Assembly: GCF_000621645.1 (NCBI RefSeq) | Contig: NZ_KK211323.1 | Location: 154,947-186,946, forward strand | From: Vibrio cholerae ATCC 14035 | GTDB taxonomy: Bacteria > Pseudomonadota > Gammaproteobacteria > Enterobacterales > Vibrionaceae | DNA: 32,000 bases | Reading direction: 5' to 3' | In this document: positions 16,592 to 25,336 of the stretch, piece after piece | Numbering within the stretch: position 1 is the stretch's first letter | Layout: each line of letters begins with the position of its first letter | Program-made: the position numbers and the translations under genes | The notes under the pieces: model-generated | Seen by the model: the letters and a program-made list of their open reading frames with translations, nothing else | Told to the model about the DNA's origin: nothing | Database searches by the model: none

Positions 16592-17080
16592 TTAAATGCC
16601 CGCGCGCTTTAGAAGGCCTGCCATCAACGCTGAGCTCGATTTCACTTGCTTAGATTTGTTGAGCAGATTTTTCGCTAACGTTTGGTTATCAATGCTTTTG
16701 GCGATGTAAGACATCGCATGATAGAAATCGCTGGCAGATTTAATCTTGGTGGCGTCATTGAGTGGCGCAAGCAATTTCACCATTTCCGTGCCTTTCATTT
16801 TTTTCTCAGTGGCGTACGCTTCAACGGCATCCAGCACAAGATCGAGGTCGTTCATGGCTTCGGCACTTTCCACGCCATTCTTTTTCATCTCTTTTTGGTT
16901 ACGTTTACGCAGTTGCTTGATCATAAACGCAGGTTTGTTAATTTTTCTAAAACCAAAATAACCCGCAGCAATCACGATGACGATCCCGCCGACCACATAA
17001 CCCCAAATGGAGCCGCTTGACTCAACTACAGGTTGTACGGTTTGTGTGGCAAAATCGACGGTGGTAGAAACATCAGACAT
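16592..17080 (-). CDS. Single-pass membrane protein of unknown function
   Basis: 162 aa. One TM (IWGYVVGGIVIVIAAGYFGF) followed by a Lys-rich helical cytoplasmic region. AGGAT RBS 9 nt upstream. No motif I recognise. Confidence 0.6.
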   Translation of the reverse strand: MSDVSTTVDFATQTVQPVVESSGSIWGYVVGGIVIVIAAGYFGFRKINKPAFMIKQLRKRNQKEMKKNGVESAEAMNDLDLVLDAVEAYATEKKMKGTEMVKLLAPLNDATKIKSASDFYHAMSYIAKSIDNQTLAKNLLNKSKQVKSSSALMAGLLKRAGI

Positions 17081-17343
17081 CTTACAAATCCTATCGGTGG
17101 CGCTTCGAAACAGAAGCTATTAATTAATCTGGCTGCCGAGTCGGCGCATTGCGGTGCATCAATCTTTATTGAAAGGGCGATTGAAAAGCACGTTTTTTTC
17201 ACCAGCTTTGTGAACATCAATGGGGATGTACATCGACAAAACCAAGCTGATATCTGCAGACATCTCAGTTTGGTTGTCTAGTTTGCTGCGTGAGCTCACA
17301 AAAATGGTGACCTTTCTTCTCTGTACTCGGCGTGGGTATTGGC

Positions 17344-18333
17344 TTAGCTGGCTGCGCGACGCAGCCGATCATGCACGGCAAGCCACGCTTCACCTTGTGG
17401 TGGACGCTCTAACCAAATTTCATCTACGCCCCATTTATCCACTTCGGCCAGAGAGCGGTACAAGGCTTGGCCGTAGGCTTTGGCTTCTTGCGGCATCGGC
17501 TTGAGTAAACGCTGCTCGCTGGCTTGCAGCGCAGAGAGATTAAGTAGCGCGATGCGAAGCTCATCCGATTGAGTGGCAAGCTCACGGGCTAGGTCATCAA
17601 TCACCCGTAGGCGCGTTTTCGGTTGATAGTGGCTATCGACATTTCCCGGCACCGCAACTTGATGAACTTGTGGCTGCAGTACTTCTTGACCCAATACCGC
17701 GCTAAGTTCACTGGCCGTTATCGGGCCTGCGCGCAGTACACGAAAAGGTTTGCTGGTTAAATCGACAATCGTGGATTCCAAACCGTGTTGGCATTCACCG
17801 CCATCCAAGACTGCGGCGAGTCTGCCATTCAAACCATCAAGCACCTGCTGGGCTGAGGTTGGGCTGAGTTTTTTGTAGGGGTTGGCCGAAGGTGCCGCCA
17901 CCGCTAAGCGATGCGTCTTCAAAATATCCAGCAAGACAGGATGAGCGGGAACACGAATGCCGACCGATTCTAAACCGCCAGTCACAACAGGTGAAACCTG
18001 CTTGGCTTTGGGGAGCAAGAGCGTCAAAGGCCCCGGCCAAAAAGCTTCGGCAAGTTGATACGCTTCTGGCGCAATATCGGTCGCCCATTCAGAGAGTTGT
18101 TCTGCCGACCCGAGATGGACGATCAACGGATGATTCGCTGGGCGACCTTTGGCACTAAAAATCTGCTTCACCGCTTCAGGTTGGGTGGCATCGGCCGCCA
18201 GTCCATAAACGGTTTCGGTCGGTATCGCAACCAGTTGGCCTTGCTTAAGTAACTGAGCTGCGCATTCAATATCAGCAGGTGTCATCGCTGAAAGCTGTTG
18301 GGTATTCAACAAAAAATCTCCGTGGTTCGGCAT
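17344..18333 (-). CDS. L-threonylcarbamoyladenylate synthase, long form (Sua5/YwlC type with C-terminal Sua5 domain)
   Basis: 329 aa. YrdC-fold motifs LVAIPTETVYGLAADA, KGRPANHPLIVH and GIRVPAHP, plus an extra C-terminal domain of about 120 aa. Confidence 0.85.
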   Translation of the reverse strand: MPNHGDFLLNTQQLSAMTPADIECAAQLLKQGQLVAIPTETVYGLAADATQPEAVKQIFSAKGRPANHPLIVHLGSAEQLSEWATDIAPEAYQLAEAFWPGPLTLLLPKAKQVSPVVTGGLESVGIRVPAHPVLLDILKTHRLAVAAPSANPYKKLSPTSAQQVLDGLNGRLAAVLDGGECQHGLESTIVDLTSKPFRVLRAGPITASELSAVLGQEVLQPQVHQVAVPGNVDSHYQPKTRLRVIDDLARELATQSDELRIALLNLSALQASEQRLLKPMPQEAKAYGQALYRSLAEVDKWGVDEIWLERPPQGEAWLAVHDRLRRAAS

Positions 18334-18578
18334 AACTTACTCGCATCATCCATTCACCGATGAAAGGGTGTCCGGTGTTTTGAAGGGCGGCATTCTAACA
18401 AAATTTGACCCAGATCCCTACTCAAGAATGCTTTTGAACGATAAACCTTAGTATGGAGTTTATCGATAACTTTAAAACTAAAAGTGTGCACCGCTACCGT
18501 TTACATATCCGATAATGAACTACACTGAGGTTAAGGTATTGGTTTATATCGCAACCCTAACATTGGAATGAAAAAGAG

Positions 18579-18944
18579 ATGGAGCAGAGTGTCGCATTTA
18601 ACATTTCGACAATCGCCAAAATGGTCGGCAGCGATCTGGTAGAGCCTATGTTGGTGAGCTATCAAGAGAACACGCAAGCTCAGTTGACGAAATTAATCAC
18701 GATTGTTGCAACGCAGTCCGTCAGTGAGCTGCATCGCTTGGCACACAGCATGAAATCCTCGGCAAGGTTCATTGGTAGTGATGCTCTGTCCGAATTCTGT
18801 TTTCAACTTGAGATGAAAACGGCCGCCGACCCAGAGTGGCATAGTGACTATGTGCGGCAAGTGGAAGAATTATGCCAGCGAAGTCGCGATGTCCTTGAAC
18901 AAGTCACCATCTATCTAGAACAGCAAAAAGTGAGTAATCGATGA
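18579..18944 (+). CDS. Stand-alone histidine phosphotransfer (Hpt) protein
   Basis: 121 aa four-helix-type protein. Hpt signature ELHRLAHSMKSSARFIGSDAL (HxxKxxxxxxG; His56, nt 18744..18746). Confidence 0.85.
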   Translation: MEQSVAFNISTIAKMVGSDLVEPMLVSYQENTQAQLTKLITIVATQSVSELHRLAHSMKSSARFIGSDALSEFCFQLEMKTAADPEWHSDYVRQVEELCQRSRDVLEQVTIYLEQQKVSNR

Positions 18945-20083
18945 CAGTAGAAGCGATGAAAGTTGTTTGCGTCGATGACGACGATTTTATGCTCAAAGCG
19001 TTAGGACGTATGATTCGCCGCATGCGACCTGATTGGGAGATTGAGTTAGTTGAAGATGCTAACCATTGGGTGGTGGATGTAGAGCACGCGCCTAGCGTGG
19101 TGATTTCCGATCTGCTGATGCCGGGGAAAAATGGTGAAGCCTTGCTGACGGAATTACGTGCGCGTTGTCCAGAGACTATGCGGGTACTGTTAACCGGAGA
19201 TACGACCCAAGAATTGCCTCGTAAAGCGCACACCTATGCGCAATTTGTGCTTCCTAAACCTTTTACTCACGAAGATTTTGAACATCTTTTCTTATGTGTC
19301 GAACGGCTGTATCGAATGCCGTTCAATATTGAATGCCGCAAGCGACTGGGGGCGTTAGAGGAAATTCCGATCCTGCCTAACTCCGTTCGTAAGTTACAAC
19401 AAGTGATTGCTTCGCCAAATTGCAGTATGGACGCGATTGCGGAAACCATAGTTCATGAGCCTGTATTGGTGGCCAAAATCATTCAAATCGCCAACTCATC
19501 CTACTTTGGTTTTCGGCGTAATACCGATTCGCTGCATGAAGCGGTTGCGCGTTTGGGCGCGGTTTTGGTGGAGTCTATCGCCATCTCTTTGCTCGCAATT
19601 CATCCCAGTAATGTGAACTCAGCGGAAGATCATCAATGGGTGGCAGATTGCGCCTTCAAATCCAGCTCCATTGCCAGAGCATTGGTGAGAGAGTTGGGTT
19701 TTCCGCGTCAGGATCAAGACCGGATTTTTGTGGCGAATTTACTGACCTCAATTGGCAAAATTCTGCTGCTCGAAGATGGTGCAAGTAAAAAAGAGTTTTT
19801 GGATTACTACCACTTACAGCCTGGGTATGCCGATTGTGATGTGATATCGGCATACATACTGATTATGTGGGGCTACGATATTGATATAGGGGATATCATT
19901 CTCAACCAAAGATTGACCTCGTTTAGCGGTGAGCATTTAGAGCAGCTAGGCAGTCTTTCATGTCTGGCGAATAGAATTGAAAATTGCAAGCAAATCAATG
20001 AATACCGACAGCTTGTACAAGAAGCACCAGACTCAATACAAGGTGCGCTCAAGGAACTGGAAACTCAATTTTTTCCAGCTTAG
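18941..20083 (+). CDS. Response regulator, REC + HDOD output domain
   Basis: ATGA start/stop overlap with the Hpt gene. REC has DDDD acidic pocket, VVISDLLMPGKNG (Asp57), LLTGD and PKP. HDOD-like region: LPNSVRKLQQVIASPNCSMDAIAETIVHEPVLVAKIIQIANSSYFG. Confidence 0.85.
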   Translation: MTVEAMKVVCVDDDDFMLKALGRMIRRMRPDWEIELVEDANHWVVDVEHAPSVVISDLLMPGKNGEALLTELRARCPETMRVLLTGDTTQELPRKAHTYAQFVLPKPFTHEDFEHLFLCVERLYRMPFNIECRKRLGALEEIPILPNSVRKLQQVIASPNCSMDAIAETIVHEPVLVAKIIQIANSSYFGFRRNTDSLHEAVARLGAVLVESIAISLLAIHPSNVNSAEDHQWVADCAFKSSSIARALVRELGFPRQDQDRIFVANLLTSIGKILLLEDGASKKEFLDYYHLQPGYADCDVISAYILIMWGYDIDIGDIILNQRLTSFSGEHLEQLGSLSCLANRIENCKQINEYRQLVQEAPDSIQGALKELETQFFPA

Positions 20084-20117
20084 TCAGTGAAATACTGAAT
20101 TTTAAGGGAGTGAGTTT

Positions 20118-20483
20118 ATGGCGATTCGACTAACGGTAGCTGATGATTCAAAGATGTCACGCAAGTCCGTGATTAGGGCGATTCCTGCCGGTTGGGATGT
20201 AGAGATAACCGAGGCTCAAAATGGAAAGGAAGCCGTAGAGAACTATAACAATGGCCTTGCTGATGTGATGTTTCTCGACCTCACCATGCCTGAAATGGAT
20301 GGGATACAAGTCTTGGAACACTTTCACCGCATTGATGCGAAATGCTTAGTTATCGTGATTAGTGCGGATATTCAACCCTTGGTTCAGCAACGAGTTCGAG
20401 AGTTGGGCGCGCTGAACTTTTTGCAAAAGCCACTCGATCCAGCGCAACTGGAACAAACACTTCATGAGGCAGGGTTGCTATGA
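20118..20483 (+). CDS. Single-domain CheY-like response regulator
   Basis: 121 aa. VADDS, MFLDLTMPEMDG (Asp54), VISAD, QKP. No output domain. Confidence 0.9.
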   Translation: MAIRLTVADDSKMSRKSVIRAIPAGWDVEITEAQNGKEAVENYNNGLADVMFLDLTMPEMDGIQVLEHFHRIDAKCLVIVISADIQPLVQQRVRELGALNFLQKPLDPAQLEQTLHEAGLL

Positions 20484-21064
20484 GCATTGTACTTTCCGCA
20501 GATCACAAAGACGCATTGCAGGAATTCATGAACATCTCTATGGGTCGAGCCGCCAGTAAGCTTGCGACCTTGCTTAATTTGCACGTCACCATCTCCGTTC
20601 CCAACATTCGGGTCGCGACAGAGGAAGATATGCGTGCGCTGCAGTCTTATGCCGCTGATTATTATTACACCCGACAATCTTTCTACGGCGGAATGGATGG
20701 AGAGCTGATCACCTTAATGAGCCGTTGCGGTTGTGAGCAAGTGGTCAATGACCTTAACCATTCGAAAGGTATGGCGGATGGATTAGTCAGTATTGAAGAG
20801 AGCATTTTGGATATCTCCAACATCCTTTCTGGGGCGAGTTTAAAAGGTCTATGTCAACAGATTGAATTGAAAACCAAAATTCAACCACCAGTCATCTTTG
20901 ATCCGACCCATCAGCCTTTGCCAATTTTGCAATGGCGTCTGTCTTTGATTATGGAAATCAATTTTCTGGTTGAGAAGGCCTCTTTTTCTGCCAAAACCAT
21001 CATCTGTTTTGCTGATAAAGAGTTAGATAAGGTATTTGCCCATCTCGACGAACTCTTGATGTAA
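20480..21064 (+). CDS. CheC/CheX-family aspartyl-phosphate phosphatase-like protein
   Basis: ATGA overlap with the CheY-like gene. Residues D11-x3-E15-x2-N18-x22-P41 (DALQEFMN...SVP) fit the CheC-family consensus D/S-X3-E-X2-N-X22-P exactly. A second, variant site is E107-x3-D111-x2-N114-x22-P137. Confidence 0.75.
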   Translation: MSIVLSADHKDALQEFMNISMGRAASKLATLLNLHVTISVPNIRVATEEDMRALQSYAADYYYTRQSFYGGMDGELITLMSRCGCEQVVNDLNHSKGMADGLVSIEESILDISNILSGASLKGLCQQIELKTKIQPPVIFDPTHQPLPILQWRLSLIMEINFLVEKASFSAKTIICFADKELDKVFAHLDELLM

Positions 21065-21074
21065 GGATACGAGT

Positions 21075-22394
21075 ATGGCAAAGAGTCGTTTATTGCTCTC
21101 TGAACTACTGGATCAACTCTCTTTTGCGCTCTGTATCGTGCGTAATGACTATGTGATCGTCAAAGTGAATGAATATTTTGAATCACGTGTCATTTTTGAT
21201 GGGGAAACCATGCAAGGGAAGAACATCCTAGAGCTATTTCCTGAATCCGCCGATTATTTAAAGCGCAAAATTGATACGGCGCTGGTGATTGAATCCTCCA
21301 GTTTCAGCAGTTGGGAGCAGAAACCGCATCTTTTGCCTTTCAAAAGTTCTCGCCCAGTGTCGGGCGAAGAAGAGCAGATGTATCAAAACCTCGAAGTGAT
21401 CCCGATCCACAGTGAAGATGGGACGATAGAGCATGTCTGTCTCTGTGTGTATGACGTCACGATTCAAGCGAGCCAGCAACAGGAACTTAAGCGAGTATCG
21501 CAAAAGCTTGAAGAAGAGCATCAATCCCAAAAAGTGTTAATCAAGAAACTGGAAGATGCACAAGGGCAATTAATTCAATCGGAAAAAATGGCCTCAATTG
21601 GTCAACTTTCTGCGGGGATCGCCCATGAAATTAATAACCCAGTAGGCTTTATTACCTCGAACCTACAAACGTTAAGCGACTACTTTAATAGCTTAGAGAA
21701 AGTTCTGAAAAGCATTACCCAGACGATTGGTCAGAGTAAAGACACGGCACTCAATGAAGCTTGTCAGAAGATCCTTAAACAAGGACAAGTAGATTTTATT
21801 TTGGAAGACACGGCGGAGTTGATTACCGAATCTCTCGAAGGCTCTTCACGCGTCATGTCGATTGTAAAAAACCTCAAAGAGTTCTCACACGTTGACCGTT
21901 CAGAGTGGAGTTACGCCAATCTAGAAAACTGTATCGAATCGACGTTGAAAATCATCAATAACGAGATCAAGTACAACATCACGTTGGAGAAACACTACGC
22001 GGCCAATGTGCCCGATGTTTTTTGCCAGCCGATGCAGATCAATCAGGTGTTACTCAACATATTGGTGAATGCCAGCCATGCCATCAAAGGCGAAGGGACG
22101 ATCACCATTACCTTACAATCTGCGGGGGACGACTTTGTTGAAATACACATTCGAGACACGGGATGCGGTATTCCGGAGGAGATCCGCGAGCGTATTTTTG
22201 AACCCTTCTTTACCACAAAACCTGTCGGTTCGGGGACCGGATTAGGTTTATCTGTCTCCTACGGCATTATCAATAAGCACAATGGTACGATCAGCGTCAC
22301 CAGCGAAGTCGGTAAGGGGAGCGAATTCACCATTCGTTTACCGGTGAATCCCAGTGCCGAAGCGGTAGACAATACCGATGCCAAAGCGATGTAA
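21075..22394 (+). CDS. Cytoplasmic PAS-domain sensor histidine kinase
   Basis: 439 aa, no TM segments. N-terminal PAS-like fold, coiled coil, H-box [25 protein letters not shown]-box [11 protein letters not shown]1 DTGCGI, F-box FEPFFTTK, G2 GTGLGLS. Confidence 0.9.
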   Translation: MAKSRLLLSELLDQLSFALCIVRNDYVIVKVNEYFESRVIFDGETMQGKNILELFPESADYLKRKIDTALVIESSSFSSWEQKPHLLPFKSSRPVSGEEEQMYQNLEVIPIHSEDGTIEHVCLCVYDVTIQASQQQELKRVSQKLEEEHQSQKVLIKKLEDAQGQLIQSEKMASIGQLSAGIAHEINNPVGFITSNLQTLSDYFNSLEKVLKSITQTIGQSKDTALNEACQKILKQGQVDFILEDTAELITESLEGSSRVMSIVKNLKEFSHVDRSEWSYANLENCIESTLKIINNEIKYNITLEKHYAANVPDVFCQPMQINQVLLNILVNASHAIKGEGTITITLQSAGDDFVEIHIRDTGCGIPEEIRERIFEPFFTTKPVGSGTGLGLSVSYGIINKHNGTISVTSEVGKGSEFTIRLPVNPSAEAVDNTDAKAM

Positions 22395-22405
22395 ATGGGG
22401 GCATT

Positions 22406-23710
22406 ATGGTAGACAAACTACGCACTTCTGGCGCAGCTATGCGAGAACAAGAGAATGATTGCCATATTCCTTTTGCTCTGTTGGCCTTTATCAAGGTGCT
22501 GTTTTCCAATGTAAAGCCAAAGCGTAAGTTCGATAGTTTAATGACCACCATCAGCGATTTAGTGCCCGGGTGTCAGATTGCGTTACTTGAACGTCAATCC
22601 GACGAGCACTGGCGTATTATTCAAACCAGTGGCTTGACAGTGGAGACTCGCTTCAAAACCGCATTACCTCCATTTATTGAAGATGAGTGGTACTGCATGC
22701 CGAATGTGCAAGCGGAAATGGTGTGGCGAGAGCATTACGCACACTGTTTTCCTGACTGTCAGAGCGCCTTAGCTGCGAAGTTTCACACCGCCGAAAATCA
22801 TTATCTCCTGCTGATTATGCAGCCGATGTTGGATGGTTTTAATCATTCACAACGCGATGAGTTATATGCGCTATTTGATGTTACCAAAAGTGCGCTTTAC
22901 TCCATGCTGCAATTTCGCAAAACCGTTATCGATAAGCATCAGGTTCAGCAAGAAGAAAAATTGGCGTCTTTAGGTAAGTTAGCCGCTGGCGTCGCCCATG
23001 AAATCAATAACCCGCTTGGGTTTGTGATGAGTAACTTCAGTTTCCTGAATGAATACGTTGCTCAGATAAGGCAGCATCCACAAATTCAACCGATAGCCGA
23101 CCCTAGGCTTCATGAGATGATCGCCGATAGTGAAGCGATCTTGATGGAGAGCTTAGAGGGACTGTCGCGGATCAAAAATATCGTTTCGAGCCTCAATGTG
23201 TACTCACATACGCATGAAAATATGGCAGAAATTGATATGCGTGACGTACTGAGTTCGGCACTGGCTTTGATTATTGGTGATCTGAAATACCGAGCTCAGT
23301 TTGTGTATCCCGCACCAGAAAAGCCTTATTACATTCGTGGCAGCTACAACAAGCTGCAACAAGTGTTTATCAACTTGATTATTAATGCGGTGCAATCCGT
23401 CTCTGCAACCCAAGAAGGGGTCGTGCGTCTTGAGCTCTGTGAAGTCCGTTGGCCGGGAGAAGGCATTCCACGCGTACAAGTGCTGATTGAAGACAATGGC
23501 AAAGGGATCAGTGCAGAGCACCTTGAAAAAGTGTTTGATCCCTTTTTCACAACTAAAAAAGTTGGTGACGGAGCGGGCTTGGGGTTATCCGTGGCACGTG
23601 AAATCATCGAAGAACACCATGGCAAAATAAAGCTCTGTTCGACAGAAGGGGTCGGAACGCGAGTCTTTGTGACACTGCCACAAGCGGTGCGTGCTCAAGG
23701 AGCCTTCTGA
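22406..23710 (+). CDS. Cytoplasmic sensor histidine kinase with uncharacterised (GAF/PAS-like) N-terminal domain
   Basis: 434 aa, no TM segments. H-box QEEKLASLGKLAAGVAHEINNPLGF. N-box NLIINAVQS, DNGKGI, FDPFFTTK, GAGLGLS. Confidence 0.88.
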   Translation: MVDKLRTSGAAMREQENDCHIPFALLAFIKVLFSNVKPKRKFDSLMTTISDLVPGCQIALLERQSDEHWRIIQTSGLTVETRFKTALPPFIEDEWYCMPNVQAEMVWREHYAHCFPDCQSALAAKFHTAENHYLLLIMQPMLDGFNHSQRDELYALFDVTKSALYSMLQFRKTVIDKHQVQQEEKLASLGKLAAGVAHEINNPLGFVMSNFSFLNEYVAQIRQHPQIQPIADPRLHEMIADSEAILMESLEGLSRIKNIVSSLNVYSHTHENMAEIDMRDVLSSALALIIGDLKYRAQFVYPAPEKPYYIRGSYNKLQQVFINLIINAVQSVSATQEGVVRLELCEVRWPGEGIPRVQVLIEDNGKGISAEHLEKVFDPFFTTKKVGDGAGLGLSVAREIIEEHHGKIKLCSTEGVGTRVFVTLPQAVRAQGAF

Positions 23711-25320
23711 TGCAAAGCAACCGTGAAATTCTGCTAGTGGATGATGAACCTGCGGTGTTGAATGCCTTAAAGCGCGAGCTGCGTCCTTATTTCCCCCATC
23801 TACATACCGCCACTTGTGCGCAAGAAGCGTTAGAGCTTTTAAAGCAACATCCAGTACAGATGGTGATTTCCGATTATCGGATGCCGGGCATGAATGGTGC
23901 GGATTTGGTGATAGAGATTAATCGCCGCTATCCGCACATTATGTCGCTTATCCTCTCTGGGCAGGCGGATATGAATGGATTATCGCGAGCCTTGAATGAA
24001 GGCGATCTGTACAAATTTTTGCTCAAGCCTTGGGAGCGAAATTATCTGCTGCAAACAATCTTGCAGTGTTTTAGTGAAAAAGAGCGCCGTGAAGAGTTTG
24101 ATACCGTTTCCGGACTCAAAACATGGCAAGTACTCAACAAACAGATCTCATTATTACAGTCACTGGCTGACCACCCCTATCTTGTGCTGATCATGGAGTG
24201 GACGGCGCCGCTGGAGGACCTGCAAAAACAAGCCATTTCGCAACATGTGATCCAGCAACTTCCAGAAACTGAGCACATCTATCAAGATGGAGCACGTTGG
24301 TTTTGGGTTACTCACCGCTTAACGCCTTGGTATCAAACATTATTTAAGTTAATTGATAGCTTTCAGAACCCAGCACCTTCAGATAATGCGGCCTTTGATA
24401 TTGCTCAGCCGCCGCATTGGTGGATTGCCGATATTGAGTCTTGGCCTGATGTTGAGTTGAAGTTAGTCAATCCGCCATGTGAGAAAAGCGCGTTGGTTGA
24501 TCATTTCCCTATCTTTGGGTTGGGCAATGTGGACGAGACGCTGGAAATTAAACAGCTATTGAATATTTATCGTGACCTCCAACTCGGCCATTTTTGTGCC
24601 TTCTATCAGCCTCAAAAGCACATCGATTCTGGGGGCGTCGTAGCGTTTGAAGCCTTAGCCAGACGAGTGATTGGCAAAGGATTGTATGAAATGCCCGATC
24701 GTTTTTTCCCGATCTTGGAAAAGTACCATTTGATCCCGACGTTAACTGAAGTCATGGTGCGCGACATTTTGACCTTTTTAATGACGGAAGATGCGGTCTT
24801 ACAAGACATCACCATAGGGGTAAATATTCCGGGAAAAATGCTCACTGACGGCAGTTTTTATCGTTTGTTACTGAGCGTCGCGGAGGAGAAGCAAGCACAA
24901 CATGCGTTGCATCGACTCTCTGTTGAGATCACGGAACACGATTTGATTGCGGATTTTGATGCCGCTAAACATGAGATTTATAAGCTAAAATCATTAGGAA
25001 TACGCTGCGCGTTAGATGATTTTGGTACGGGATATTCTGGTTATGAGTACTTGTGTGAAATTCCGTTTGATGTAGTGAAAATTGATGGGCGATACATTCA
25101 AAGTTTGGGCAAGGCGGAATCAAGTACGGTCATTTTACAATCGATGATTTCTAGCATTAAATCCTTGTCTATGCAGGTGATTGCAGAATGGGTCGACTCA
25201 GATCAGCAATATCAAATTTTACAAGAGATGGGATGTGACCTGGTGCAAGGTTATTTAGTTAGCCCGGCTATTTCACCACAACAAGTCCTGAACTATCTCC
25301 ATAACAAACTATCTCCATAA
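23710..25320 (+). CDS. Response regulator, REC + vestigial GGDEF-like region + EAL c-di-GMP phosphodiesterase
   Basis: ATG overlaps the preceding TGA by 1 nt. REC has LLVDDE, MVISDYRMPGMNG (Asp55) and LLKPW. EAL domain has intact signature residues: AFEALARRV, GVNIPG, EITEHD, DDFGTGYSG, KIDG, AEWVD, QGY. Confidence 0.9.
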   Translation: MQSNREILLVDDEPAVLNALKRELRPYFPHLHTATCAQEALELLKQHPVQMVISDYRMPGMNGADLVIEINRRYPHIMSLILSGQADMNGLSRALNEGDLYKFLLKPWERNYLLQTILQCFSEKERREEFDTVSGLKTWQVLNKQISLLQSLADHPYLVLIMEWTAPLEDLQKQAISQHVIQQLPETEHIYQDGARWFWVTHRLTPWYQTLFKLIDSFQNPAPSDNAAFDIAQPPHWWIADIESWPDVELKLVNPPCEKSALVDHFPIFGLGNVDETLEIKQLLNIYRDLQLGHFCAFYQPQKHIDSGGVVAFEALARRVIGKGLYEMPDRFFPILEKYHLIPTLTEVMVRDILTFLMTEDAVLQDITIGVNIPGKMLTDGSFYRLLLSVAEEKQAQHALHRLSVEITEHDLIADFDAAKHEIYKLKSLGIRCALDDFGTGYSGYEYLCEIPFDVVKIDGRYIQSLGKAESSTVILQSMISSIKSLSMQVIAEWVDSDQQYQILQEMGCDLVQGYLVSPAISPQQVLNYLHNKLSP

Positions 25321-25336
25321 AAAATAGGGGAGCGCT

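Noticed and set aside
17033-17504. Plus-strand ORFs 17033..17281 and 17220..17504 in or near the gap before the Sua5-type gene
   Set aside because: No RBS and implausible composition. The second overlaps the well-supported minus-strand Sua5-type gene.
22395-22412. Mini-ORF ATGGGGGCATTATGGTAG (MGALW) between the two kinase genes
   Set aside because: It is five codons long, overlaps the next gene's start region, and is most simply a chance ORF in an 11-nt intergenic junction.
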